Of a DNA stretch of 64,000 nt, positions 13,429 to 26,010 are shown in pieces. Within the stretch, counting starts at the first letter, position 1. Every line of letters begins with the position of its first letter. The notes beneath the pieces are model-generated. The model had not been told where the DNA came from and searched no databases. It saw only the letters and a program-made list of their open reading frames with translations. The stretch comes from Callorhinchus milii (taxonomy: Eukaryota): the NCBI RefSeq assembly GCF_018977255.1, contig NW_024704743.1:95916001-95980000 (forward strand). The letters run 5' to 3'. The translations under genes and the position numbers were made by a program.

Positions 13429-15109
13429 CAGTCAGAATTGGGCACCTCACTATGGGACAGATGTCAAAGCCAGAGTGCAGAGAAAATTCACGAGGATGAT
13501 ATCAGGGATGGTTTTACTGGAAAAAATGGCACTGTTTTATAGATTTAAGGTAATTACAAGAACAGTAAGGTGGGGTTAGGAGAATTCTTTTTATACAAAT
13601 GTTTGGTAAGATTTGCTTGGTCCCGAGGTTGAGACAAAATTCATATTAGCTTTTAAGAAGGAATTAGATAAATATCTGAAAAGAAATATAAAAGGATATA
13701 GAGAAAGGGCAGTATAATGGAACTAAATAGAAAGCTCATTGAGAGAGCCAGCAAAGGCCCCCTGTTTTGTGAATTTCTATGGTGCTTTGGCAGCTAAGGG
13801 GGCACTAGTTGACAGACCAAGTAAATAAAATGATTCTGGCTTTTCGTAAAGCACCTTTCACGTCAGGAAATCCGTGTAATTTATAGCCGAATGCGGCAGC
13901 CAGTTTTTGCACAGCAATGTCCCACAAAACGGCCATGAAATAAATGTCCATTTTTATTGGGGTAATTGTTGGCCAGGATACTGGGAGAAACACCCTTCTC
14001 TTTTGGAATAGTCTTTTTGGAACTTTGATTCCGTGGGAAGTCCACATCTCCTGGGCATCACTTAGTCGTTGAATATTTAAATGGTTCCACGAGAAATGTG
14101 TGCTGAAATCCAGTGATTTAGGAGATACCTGCAGATTCTATGGCCATTGCTGGGCCAGTGTTCCTGGAGATACCAAATCCGTGTAGTACACCCAGGTACC
14201 ATCTGCAGCTCAGCTAACCTTGAGCAGATATGTTGAAGCAGGGGTCACTATCATGTTTCATCCATCCTTACGTATACATTCTTAGGATAAGCTTCAGCAG
14301 CTGTAAAAGCAAATTGCATTCAACAACATAGGGGTCATGTTCTTTGTTCAGGACACCAAGAACCATTGTAGTGTAGGCAGGCAGAGCCCCCTGTACTAAT
14401 GCAATTGTGTTACACAAATACGAAGACCTTACATTCCTCCAAAGTGCAGATGGTGTCTAAATACTGAAAGAAAATCTTGATGGTTGTACAGGTAGATTTC
14501 CGAGTACCTTCATTCTTCCTCTGTGCTGTGTCTAATCTGCCCAAAGACTTAATTGTGAGCCAAATTTGCTCCAATAGCAGCTATTTGCACATATATAAGA
14601 GGTAAGTTGTAGTGTTTCACAAAGGCAGAGTGGGAGCCAGAGCTATGAGGGAGACGAGGTGGCCAAAGGCCCAATCAATGAGAAGACTCCTCAGGGATCT
14701 GTGGGCTAGAAAAGGTTTGATGGGCTATTTGAACTCTTCCTGTACCTAGATTCCTAAACCAAGGCTATAAATCTTTTCCTCATCCTCAATTCCTTGTCAA
14801 AATGCCAGCCGATGAAATTTAAGTAATTCTGTGCTAATTTAATTGGGACATTCAATTTGCCTCAGTTATAATTGGCTTAAATTGGCCTGGGATAGGGGAG
14901 GAAAAAATCAGTCTAAATGTCCTGCCACTTTACTATCTAGCGAATAAAAACTATCAACTGTCTGCTGTAGGTGTCAGACTGGCTCAGTCAGTAGCATTCT
15001 CAACTTTGAGTCAAAAAATTGGGGTTCAAGCTCCATAGCAGGTGTTTGAGCTCATAGTCTAGGCTGACACTCCAGTGCAATATTGGGGGAGAAGGTGATG
15101 TTACAGACA

Positions 15110-16390
15110 GACTCGCAGCTTTTACTGTATGTGAATGACACACAAATCTACTTTGCCTCCTCCAGTACCAACTCCAGGTCCACTGATGTTCTATCAGCTT
15201 GTCTGTCAGACATCAGGGCCTGGATGAGTGTAAACATCCTGCAGCTGAATATGGACAAGACGGAAGCCATACTTCTTGGCTCCTGTCAACGTCTTCACTC
15301 TTGTGGATCTGAACTCCTCAACCTCCCTGGGCTTTCCTTCAGACTCACTGAACCAGTGCGCAGCCTAGGCGTCCAGTTTGACCCCCAGCTGTCCTTCCTC
15401 CACCACATCCAGTCCCTGACCAAGACAGTCTTCTTCCATTTCCGCAACATTGCCCACCTCCGACCGTCCCTTAGCCCAAATGCAGCCAAAATCCTTGTGC
15501 ATGCGTTTGTCACCTCCTGCTTGGATTACTCCAACGCACTCCTCGCCGGTCTCCCCAGCTCTACCATTCACAAGATCCAGCTCATTCAAACCTCTGCTGC
15601 CTGCATACTGACTCGGACCAATCTCCGTAACCACATCTCACCAGTTAATAATAATAATAATAATCCTTGCATTTGATATAGCGCTTTTCACGTCGGGAGG
15701 ACGTCCCAAAGCGCTTCACAGAATAGACTGTAAAGTGAATTCACTGTATATTTGTGGGCGAACGCGGCAGCCAATTGCGCACAGCAATGTCCCACAAACA
15801 GTCGTAGATTGAAAATGACCAATTTATTATTGTTTTTGGATTTTTTGGAGGGATTATTATTAGGCGTGTGGAGTAAGAAAACTTGCCCAAGGTTTCGCCC
15901 TGTCTGGAATTGAACTCAGTTCTCTCACTTGCAAAGCGAGTGCTCTAACCACTGAGCTACAGGACTCCACGTTCTGGCCAGGCCCCACTGGCTCCCCATC
16001 ACCAAATGGATCGCTTCAAGATCCTCACACTAGTGTTCAAATCCATTCACTCCCTGGCACCTCCCTACCTCTCCGACAATCCACCACCCAGAGCCTCCGC
16101 TCGACTGGCACCAGTCTCCTACTCGTCCCTTGCATCCTCCGCCCTACCATCAGAGGTTGCGCTTTCAGTCACTACTTACCAAAAACTCTGGAACACTCTC
16201 CCTGAATCCCTTCGCCTTGCCCTCCTTATACCTTCTTTCGAGACATGCCTGAAAGCGTTCCTCCTCGACCATGCTTATGGCCAACTCCCCACTCCCCCTG
16301 GCTTGGAGTCAGGCTCCGCCACTGTTAAGCGCTCTGAGACGCTACCCTGCGTGGAGGGCTCTATATAAGTGCAAGCTGTTGTTGTGTTGG
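15110..16390 (+). mobile_element. L2-clade LINE fragment interrupted by a SINE
   Basis: YVNDTQIY...WMSVNILQLNMDKTE...[13 protein letters not shown]2 sequence resumes at 15971 (FKILTLVFK...LWNTLP) and ends in (ttg)n. Confidence 0.88.
15647..15970 (-). mobile_element. tRNA-derived SINE (family A) inserted in an L2
   Basis: Complete head-to-tail copy in antisense orientation, flanked by gtt on both sides. Confidence 0.9.
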
Positions 16391-16995
16391 TCTTCAAGCT
16401 CTGCAGAGCTTGGTTGGAGCTGAAATTATCAGCTGAAAACATGTTTTGCCTGATTTTACAATCAATCAGTAGCAAAATGGCCATATTCTCACCAGTAATT
16501 GAATGATAGCACAACTGCTTGGCTCAACTGTAAAATCCCCTCCCCACCCAGAACCACTGGCAGGATTGAGCCCAGTTTTCTCACCAAGGCCAAAATAGCC
16601 CTTTACAAAGCTGAAAAACATATTGGCCACGCTTGTTATGAAAATGCTGCCGCGTTTTGCCCACAAAACATACAGTCAATTCACTTTATAATATATTCTG
16701 TGAAGCGCTTTCAGATGTCTTGAAGGCATTATAAGGCACTATATCAAATGCAAGGAATATTATTATTAATTAATTTGCAGATCAGGTTTTAATTGAATTG
16801 AGGAATCAACCCTTCCTGCAGCATCAGGATGAACTGCACTCATTCCACTTCCTTCACGTACCCCATTTTATAGCTGGTGAATTTTCAGCACACTATAGTT
16901 GTAAAACTGATGATTTATAAACAGCTCAACACTTTAAGAGGCTATCTCATTTATTGCTGGACTTGAAGATATGTGGGAGCTTCTATTCTTCCAGT

Positions 16996-17208
16996 GGAGC
17001 GGGGGGGGGGGGGGGGGGGGGGGGAGAGAGTGAGAGGCGGAAGGAGGAAGGGGAGGAGAGAAGGGGAGAGGGAAAGGCAAATGAAAGGGGGAAAGGCGAA
17101 GGAGAGGGGGTGAGGGAGGAGAGAAAGAGCGAGAGGAGGTGAGTAAGGGTGGGAAAGAAAGGGAGACAAAGGAGAAGTGGGAAGAGGCTAAAGGGAAAGG
17201 ATAGGAGA
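16996..17208. repeat. Poly-G run and polypurine low-complexity tract
   Basis: 24 consecutive G at 17001-17024, then about 180 nt of almost only G and A. Confidence 0.9.
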
Positions 17209-18709
17209 TCACAGAACCTTTTAATTCTAGCTATTCAGCTTCAGTGGTGCATCTAAATTAGGGGGTCCGGAATGGGATGCAAAGGAATTAGTGGCTGACT
17301 GTGCAGCCAAGTAGAGAATACTGAAAGAGACAATGAGACACATCTGACAGCATTTGATGGCTGGAAATTTGAAGAATTTTGTTCAAGGGAGTGGCTAGTA
17401 ACTCCATGAAGCGATTGTATATTTTAAAAAAATGAAAACCAGACAATTTAAACTGGAAATATACAAAGCAGGAAAATCTGTAAATAATAGGTGGAAACAA
17501 TTATTTGGTGAGAATCGGTATGATGCCAAAAGATAAGGGCACTGGAAAGTATAGGGGCTGAGACACTGAGTCTCACTCCCTAACTTCCTGAGTGTGTTAA
17601 GACCAAGGCAGAAAGCGGGAAGAAAAGACAGCTGTAAACAGGTATTTGTCATGAGGCACAGCTGCCCCCATCTCTCTTACATGCTGCACATATTACTTGA
17701 CCTTTGATCTGCCTGCGGCTGTAAGACCGGTAATGGAAACTCAGTGCTTGGGTCAGGGGCAGATCCTTTAATCCCTCTCAATGGATGAATTAACATGGAG
17801 CAGCCTTTGGTATAAATCCTTGGAGAATCGCGTTCCATTGGGGTCATTCTGGCCTGAGTGGAATGCGATCTCCACGGGGTTTCAAGGATGAATGAAATAT
17901 CTTGATAAGTGCAAGAACATTTGCAAATTGTTAAAGAGTTTTTCAAGAATGCAGCAATTGTATATTCCTTCAACCTGCCGCACACAAATTGGAATTCCTG
18001 TAATTACATGGAACGCAACCAGCATTTTTTTTGTGAAGTACAAATCTGTGCTGTAGAAGTTGTAAAGCAATGTTTTTATTTATTGGCTCTTTTAAAGGTA
18101 CAATACATAATACAAATAATCCTTGCATTTGTGATAGTGCCTTATCAAGCCATTGAGATGTCTGAAAGCACTTCACAGAATATACTGCAAAGTGAATTGA
18201 CTGTATATTTTTGTGCGTCACTCAATCCACAAACAGTCGTGGATTGAGTGACCATATTATTATTATTTATTAAGGGATTATTTCCCCTGGAAAGTGATCT
18301 GCAGGCAATTGACTAACAACCGGGTTCCTACTTACTGCTGGGTGAACAGAGAAGTGTGGAGTAAGGACACTTTTTCACATAACAAGAGCTTAAAGACTGT
18401 TAAATGCAACTTCCAGGTTCAGTTAAATATTTCATTGTTTGACAATGAATATAGCCAATTCATGAATCTTTCGTTCGTATTATTCTCAGTTTGGTTTGGA
18501 TAGCCCTAAGTATGGTCGTGGGTTTCTGCATGTGTCCGATGCATATGTCAGATACCCGGCTGATCCCAAAAAATTATTCTCTGCTCTATGAGATTTAGAT
18601 TTCTGAGGTTTCATTATTAGAAGGGGAAGGATTGAATCTGAAAATCTATGTAACTAAATCACCCAATAGCACACAGTTTGAAATGAATTAAACGATAAGG
18701 ATGGCTGAC

Positions 18710-18976
18710 CTTTTCCAATGTCTCTGCCCTCCATGTCCTTGAGGATCACAGACTTCCTTCGGGTAATCAAAATGGCATCTCCCTCCCATTTCTTGTGTTT
18801 CTTCTTTGATGCCTTACACCATAAAACATTGTAGTACTTGGTAAGGGAATCTGGTGTATCTTGCTCTCCTTTGTGCTGTGCTGGATCAGTTTGCTGCAGT
18901 GGTGGTGGCAGCACGTGGCTTTTTTTTGGTACTAAAAATGCCTGAGATATTTTCGGTCGCTGTTGAGGGATTGGAT
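18710..18976 (-). CDS. RAD54B: RAD54B coding exon (N-terminal region, most 5' exon found in the window)
   Basis: Encodes (x)PIPQQRPK...YYNVLWCKASKKKHKKWEGDAILITRRKSVILKDMEGRDIGK, matching the RAD54B motif WCKxSKKKHKKWEGDA. Acceptor tttgtag| before 18976, donor G|gtcagc after 18710. Phase 1 to phase 1, 267 nt. Confidence 0.9.
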
Positions 18977-19359
18977 CTACAAAACAAACAATATTGTGAG
19001 GTTAGGTACTGTGCCTCAGGCAGGCAGAGGTATTAACAAGCCAGCTTCAAACGTGAAATCCAGTGTGAAATTGAAAGGTATGTTGGATAGGCTATGTAAA
19101 CCCTGAAGGCTGCAGTTATAATTAATAACGGTAAAATCAAACAATGTCTAATCACAATCTACAGTAAAATCCTATGAAGCATTTTGAGATGTTTTGAAGA
19201 TGACACTGTATAACTCTTCTATAATTTTTTAGCAAACAACATACACAAAGGACTAATGTTATTTATCCTGGTAATAAGGAACATTCCCTATCAACCAAGC
19301 ATTGATGCATACAAAGCCATCAACATAAATGTAGATAATTAGCGTGGAATTTCCCATTT

Positions 19360-19600
19360 TCTGCCAATTTTCTCCCTCCCTCTCCTTAATGTATTTGACC
19401 CCATTTTCCCTCTATTGGGGTGCGCTTCAATACCTAGTCCTATCCAGATATGAGCTTTGATAGTGAGTGTTGGCAGACTATGCACTATGGGGGTAATCAG
19501 AGCTGAGTATTATCTCATTCCCAGTCAATGTCTCATATAAGCATTTTCCAACATAGAGATGTTCCCCTCCCTAACCCATAGCTCCGGTAGTGCAGACTTC
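19360..19600 (-). mobile_element. Old interspersed SINE-like repeat (family D)
   Basis: caattttctccctccctctcc...gatagtgagtgttggcagactat is similar to 25840-26010 and to the reverse complement of 38290-38555. Family not named with certainty. Confidence 0.5.
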
Positions 19601-22469
19601 TTCAATAATGCAGCAATTCAGCCATTAAATTGAGTCTCTGTCTGTCTGTTCACATGGCTTTAAAGATCATGAAAAGAAGTAGGGAGTTTGCTCTGGGCCA
19701 GAGGCAGTTAAAAACAAGTATTTTTTTTGCTCTGTGTAAAGTTACAGTGCTAGATTAGCTTCATTTGCTTCTACTCAGAGTTGTGGGATTGTGGAATTCA
19801 CTTCCTCAAAGGAATGCTGACAGAGTCAGTGAGTGTTTAAAAGGGAAATTGATAAATATGTGGCTAGTTAGGTGTCAGGGGTTTATGGAGGGAAGAATAG
19901 GCAAATGGTGCCGAGTTACAGGTCAGCCCTGATCTAAGAAAATGGCAGGCCAAGCAGTCTGCTCTTGTTCCTAAAGTGCTAATTCAAAGGTACTATTTAC
20001 CAATAACATGCAGAAAACTTTGAAATAAAACCTCTAAATATCTCAGTAGTTCAGTTAGTGAAATAGGAATTAATATCTGATAACAGCACTTTTCCTTTTT
20101 GGTTCAGGAAACTATTTAAGCATTATGCACGGTTCACAACATCTCTACAATAAGACTAAATAAGATAAGGTCTGGTATATGGGAATTCCATTTGCTTGGG
20201 TTATAAGTTGGAATCAAATGAACTCAGTTATTGCTTTGGCCTGAACGATTGCTGGCTGAATTACAAAAAAGATATTGGATTCATGTGTAAATTTCAACAA
20301 ATACAACATGAATTTTTCAGAATTGAGACTGATAAACTCTTAAAACTCAGAATTAACTATAACCAACCACAGTTGTTGTTTGATTTTTTTTAAAAAGAGT
20401 GCAATTTTGACTGCAATAGTCTCATAAACTGACTTTTTCTTCCTGAAATGTAACGCTGCTACATGGCTAAGCTCTGCCCTCTGGAGCCAGCAGTGACCCT
20501 GGGTGAGCAATAGACCTATTGCCATTGGAAGTGTTTGCACTCTCTCCATGCTAACATATCTTTTGTGAAGGCAAACATAACAAGATCCAACAGTTTATAG
20601 TTTAAAAGTAAAATACAAGTTGTATTTTGCAGAAAAATATAGAAAAAACACGCAATTATAAATCATTTATTAGAGAACTCGTTTTACGAACCTATAGAGC
20701 ACAGGAAAAACAGAGTGGTATATTTGACTCGATCCATTGTAAGTGAGGATGTTTCTGTATAATCCTTCTTTTTCTTCTGTCAGTAGATAATGGTCCAAGA
20801 TATCTTTGGGCACAATATTGATGCTAACATTGAATCCTGGAATCCCCTTAATTCTAAGCTGCAGCTGCTGAATACACAACTCGTTGCAAGCCCCAAGGTT
20901 GCTTATGAGGCGTGAGCTAAGTTTTCTGAATTCTGGTTACTTGTGCCATCAAAAGTATTTGCTTCCTATCGAATGAACACAAACCTTTGCACAAAGGGAG
21001 TGAGCTTTCCCACACTAAATTCATCTTCCAACAGAACCCAAGACACAATTTCAAACTTAAAGCATAATGTCTGTCCTGACATTGCTCTTCATAGTCCTAA
21101 AGCTGTGCCCTCTTATCCTGCTCCCTTAATGAAGCAATGCTCTAGATGTAAATTTTTAATCCCACTGAACATATTGTACACTTTGTTAAGGTCCTCACAG
21201 AGATCACTTTTTTNCAATGCTAAAATATCTTAATCTATCTCGTAATTTCTCACCCCTCTTATCAGTTTTATTACTTTCTCCCACAGAGCCTCTAGGCATT
21301 AGGCCGTATCCTTATATTGCTGTAACCAGAACAGTATGCAGTACACATACAGCTTGAGCATAACAACTGGGGAATTGAACATAGCTGAGTTGGCAATAAA
21401 GCCCAGCATCCTGTTTGTCTTATTTATTGCTGTCTCACATTGTTTGGACATGGTGAGCAATCAATGAACCTGAGCTCTCTTTCCACTTACCCTTTGGCAA
21501 CCAAATAGTCATTCTTCATGTCACAGTTTAAACATCGAGTTGTGAGCAGCCAATTTAACTAGTGGGGGGTGAGAGGAAAAGGGGAAGGTATCCATTAAAG
21601 CCCAATACTGTTGATACATGTGTCCATTACAGAAAACCAGCTTTGCCTCTCACTGGTTCGAGGACATAAGGTCAATTATTACACCTTACAGATACCAGGT
21701 AATAGTTTTTATATTATCAGTTGTCAGGCAGAGGTAAATCCGCTTCTGCCACCAACCCATAATGAAAAGCAGCTGAAATTCACAACACCTCATTATCCCA
21801 GAATCTTTTGAGAGTCAGATCTCCCGCAGACTCTGTTTCCAGAGTGCCTGAGTGAAAGATTGTAGTGACGTTGTGGATGTGAAGTCTCAGTGGGCAAGTG
21901 TTGCTCTGATGTCAGAACCATTGCGCCTATTTAAAAACCAGAGGTTTTATTTTTCTGATTATAGCTGACAAAGTAGGAGCAGCGAATCGAGAGCAAAGGC
22001 TGTGAGCAAAGCTGCGTAACACTGAACTCGTATTCCTCTGCTACCATTATTTCCGCAGTAGCAATTAGGAATCAAACTTTCCATATGTACAATATATCCG
22101 ATGCCACCAGGCTACTTATAGCCACGGTTTTGCTCAACAGACTTGCTATGTTTTGAAATTCACAATTAGACATTTTTTGCAAATGTTACAAATTAAATGG
22201 TTTTCAATATCATAACTGTAAATTGTCATAATTAATTTGCGAACATTACAACTTTAGACCACATTGAAATCACTTAGAATATATCAGACTTTGAACTATA
22301 CAAACTGTTTGCACAGAACTACACTATGACAAACCAACCTACTTTTTCAAAATATTTTGAGAACAGAGGGATTTAAATTTAGAATCAATACACAAAGAAT
22401 CAACGCCGGCAAGGACTAGTTGGGCAAAATGGCCTGCTTCCATGCCATGTCCACTCCTTATTTAAGACA

Positions 22470-22714
22470 TAATAATAATAATCCTTGCATTTGATATAGT
22501 GCCTTATCATGTCTTTGAGACATCTCAAAGTGCATCACAAAATATACTGTAAAATGGAGTGACAGCAGCCAATTGCGCACAGCAGTGTCCCACAAATAGT
22601 CGTAGATTGAGTGATCAATTATTGTTTTTTTAAGAGATTATGTCCCCCGGAAAAGCAATCCACCAATCGACTAACAACTGGCTTCCTACTTACTGCTAGG
22701 TATACAGAGGCGTG
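22470..22714 (-). mobile_element. tRNA-derived SINE (family A), 5'-truncated
   Basis: Family A tail and body in reverse orientation. Confidence 0.82.
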
Positions 22715-25700
22715 CTATGATGAATGACATGAGGAATTATGCTGCTCTATTCACTGGGTTTAACAAATGTGTCACTGTACTCTAATAACTGTAATTACAT
22801 TATATAGAATTACATTTTAAATTTATAGTGTAATTTTATTTATAAGACTTCCCAAATAATTTATAAATGCACAATGGTAAATTTCACTAAACTGTGATAC
22901 AGAATAACTAGGACAAATATAGCTACATTTAGCAAAAATAATAATAATCCTTGCATTTGAGATAGCACCTTATCACATCTTCGAGACGTCTCAAAGCTCT
23001 TCACAGAATATACTGTAAAGTGAATTGACTGTATTTTGGGGGTGAAACGCAGCAGCCAATTGCGCACAAATTATTTTAAAAAGTCAAAATACAGGAATGT
23101 CTTGCCTACAAAAAGCCAGAGCAAAATAGTCACTACATTTTACAGTATCCTGTGAAGCGCTTTGAGATATCTTCCTATAGTCCTATACCAAATTTAAGGA
23201 TTATTATTTACACTTATGCTACCAGAGTTGAGCGCTTTTTAGATTTTCTCCTTTTTTGGGGATCCGTGGATACATCGCCCCGGGTGATGAGGAGGCGAGT
23301 CAATTGCTTAATTCTCCACCTCTCATCAGGTCGCTGCCATTCTAGCTACTGAAAGGTGCACGTGAGCAAAGCAGGGAATGTAGTTTCCCCCTCTCCTGGC
23401 CTCCACTGCAATCTCCAACCGAGGATAAAGCTGAGACACAGTATTCATTACATGAAGGGTCACAGCTCAAAGCCTGTGCCCAACCTGCACGGCTGAGATA
23501 CAGTCTTTGTCTTGCTATCCAACTTCACTGCCTTAAAGAGAATATTATTGAATTCTCCGACGTAATTTGCATCTGCAGTGGTAGGTATTATTGCTGAGTT
23601 TACCCCGTGGAGCTGTGAATTGAATGCACCAATTTCATTTGTAAGACGAAAGGACATTTTGCCCATTTAATCTTCTGTGGTAACCTTGAAAAGAGAAATA
23701 AGTTTCTCCCAATATCCTGGCTGACAATTTTCCCAGATAAAATTGGTCATTCTGTTAATGGTGGTTTGAGGCGCACTGCTGTGTACAAACTGGCTGCCAC
23801 ATTCGCCTGCAAAATAATCATTACACTAAAGCTCGCTGAGATGACTTAATGACATGATGAGGCGCAATATCAAATGAAAGGATTATCATAACTTTGAGCT
23901 TTATCAAGAGAACTTTCAAGAGGTTGTCTCAAAAGTTTTATCTACATGATGACACTTTTATAGTGCAGCTTCCACACAAAGGATGGCAACAGGAACACCA
24001 TGAAGAAGGCTGACTTGCCCCTCCAATGTTACTTTTCCTGCTCCCATTCCTTTTACGTTCGTGGACTTTTCCTCCACAGCTCCAAAGAGTAAAGGGTGCT
24101 TGTTACGCAGTGCCTTTATGCAAGCACGGAAACGTTTAATAACCCCTGCATTTTATATATTGCCTTAGCATGTTATTAAAAAGTTTCAAAGCATCTCACA
24201 GAAATTATGTGAAGTGTAGTGACTGTGTATTTTCAGCCGAACGTCACAATCCTTGAAGTGAATGATTTAACTGGGGGATAGGCCAGGACACCAGAAGAAA
24301 CTCCCTATTATTTTTGAATAGCGTCATGGGATCTCCTGGTGTCCTGGTCAACAACCGCTCACATAAAATCAGTCATTCACTTCATGGTTGGTTCTGGAGC
24401 GAATTGGCTGCCACGGTGATCCACAAAATAGTCACTTTGCAGCAAAACCCTCAAAACACATTGAGATGTCCTTCCTACATGAAAAGCACTATATCAAATG
24501 CAGATATTAACACAACTGTGGCTGAGGGCACAGAACCCCTGAGTTCCAGAGAATGGTTTCTTCTACCACCTTCTTTCTCAGCAATGTATCTCATTATTTT
24601 CTTTGATGCGACAATTTATTACATTCTAAATTCTAGTTGCTAGAACAGCTTCAACCTTTTTTTTGTCGAATAATTATTTTCCAGCCATATCTCTGGTGAG
24701 GAGCCCAAACTCCTGAGCCCTGGAAGATTTTGTTGATCGGTCTCTTAAGAAAATTAAAGAAACTATGGTCATCATTCAAGTCATGACTTAACTTTTCTTT
24801 AAAGAAAGCAAGTAAAGATTTAGTTAGGAAATTCAGAAATGCCAAATAATTCAATAATCCATCCCTTATGTCTCCCAAGAGGTGGTTCTCCGCCAGCCCA
24901 CCCACCCACACACGGAAAAAGAAATCAGATTTCCTTTAATGCTATTACCCCATTTATTTTACTACAGCCATTCTTCACAGGTTATAACAGAAATGCATTT
25001 ACTTTGGACAAAACTGGGTGATCTAAGGCTTCTTCAAACACTATATATTGGTCTCAATTTCAGATAATCTCCTCTGTATCTGGGAATTTTAGTGCGGACC
25101 TTGCTTTGGAATAGATGAAATATAATTTTTTTAGATAAAAAATGCTTTTTCAAACAAATGAATTCATATTTAAAAATCACTGGGAAACCTCAGTGAGTTG
25201 GATTTTAAAAGGGCAGAGGAAAGCTTTCAAAGGGAAGAGAGGGCCAGATTGTAACGAACCTGACCTAAGATGTATGATGTGAATTTCTTACTTGCAGAAC
25301 GAAAAAGAACACTCTATCGAAGGGATTCTTTTTCATGCTTAAATTTTCAAAGGAAAAGGGCTAGGGGCTGGCAACCAAGGGGCTGATGTCAAAGTACCTG
25401 CTCGCTTTCCAAATCTATCGCGGCAAATTTTCAGGAAGTTCTAAAAGGCCTAAAGAAAAGAACAATCAGTGCTGGCAAAGCGGACGTGGTTTGCAGTGAC
25501 CTGTTCCCCAAGATCACCAGGGAATCTTTTCCTCTTCATCTCCTTCTGGCAGAAATGTACATTTTCTAGGCTTTGCAGAGGAGAGTTTGAAATACCATGT
25601 TCTATTTGCTTGCCATTAAAGAAATAAGATACACTGACCTCACTGATACCAACAGGATTTGTACTGAACAGTCGCTAAAGGACATCCATACAGCAAATGA

Positions 25701-25839
25701 TTTGAACTGTCCCCAATCTGGCATGAACCTGGTGCTAAACTCCCTTTGATCAGAAATGCACCAACACCTTTCAGGCTGAAATTCCATAAAGCCACTTGCA
25801 ACTAAAACCATTATTCAGGTCACACAACACTTGCTTTTT

Positions 25840-26010
25840 CACCCAAATTTCTCTCCGTCACTTCGTCTCCTGAAGGTATTTTTGATTTTTTTCCCCTTCA
25901 ATTGACAGTATGGTTCCATTGTCACTAAGTGCCTTCAGGTACCTCACTTGAATAGGCATTATTCATCTGCAAGCCTTGACAGTGAATATTGGCAGGCTAT
26001 TCAAGAGGGG
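25840..26010 (-). mobile_element. Old interspersed SINE-like repeat (family D)
   Basis: aaatttctctcc...tctcctgaagg...gacagtgaatattggcaggctattc, similar to the other family D copies. Confidence 0.5.

Noticed and set aside
21214..21214. Single N bases (also at 28255 and 54044)
   Set aside because: All sit at the ends of homopolymer runs and are consensus ambiguities. None affects a gene model.
21790..21926. Possible third FSBP-like terminal exon (minus strand aaatag|GCGCAATGGTTCT)
   Set aside because: The phase-2 frame stops after 12 codons, and none of the conserved FSBP motifs appear.
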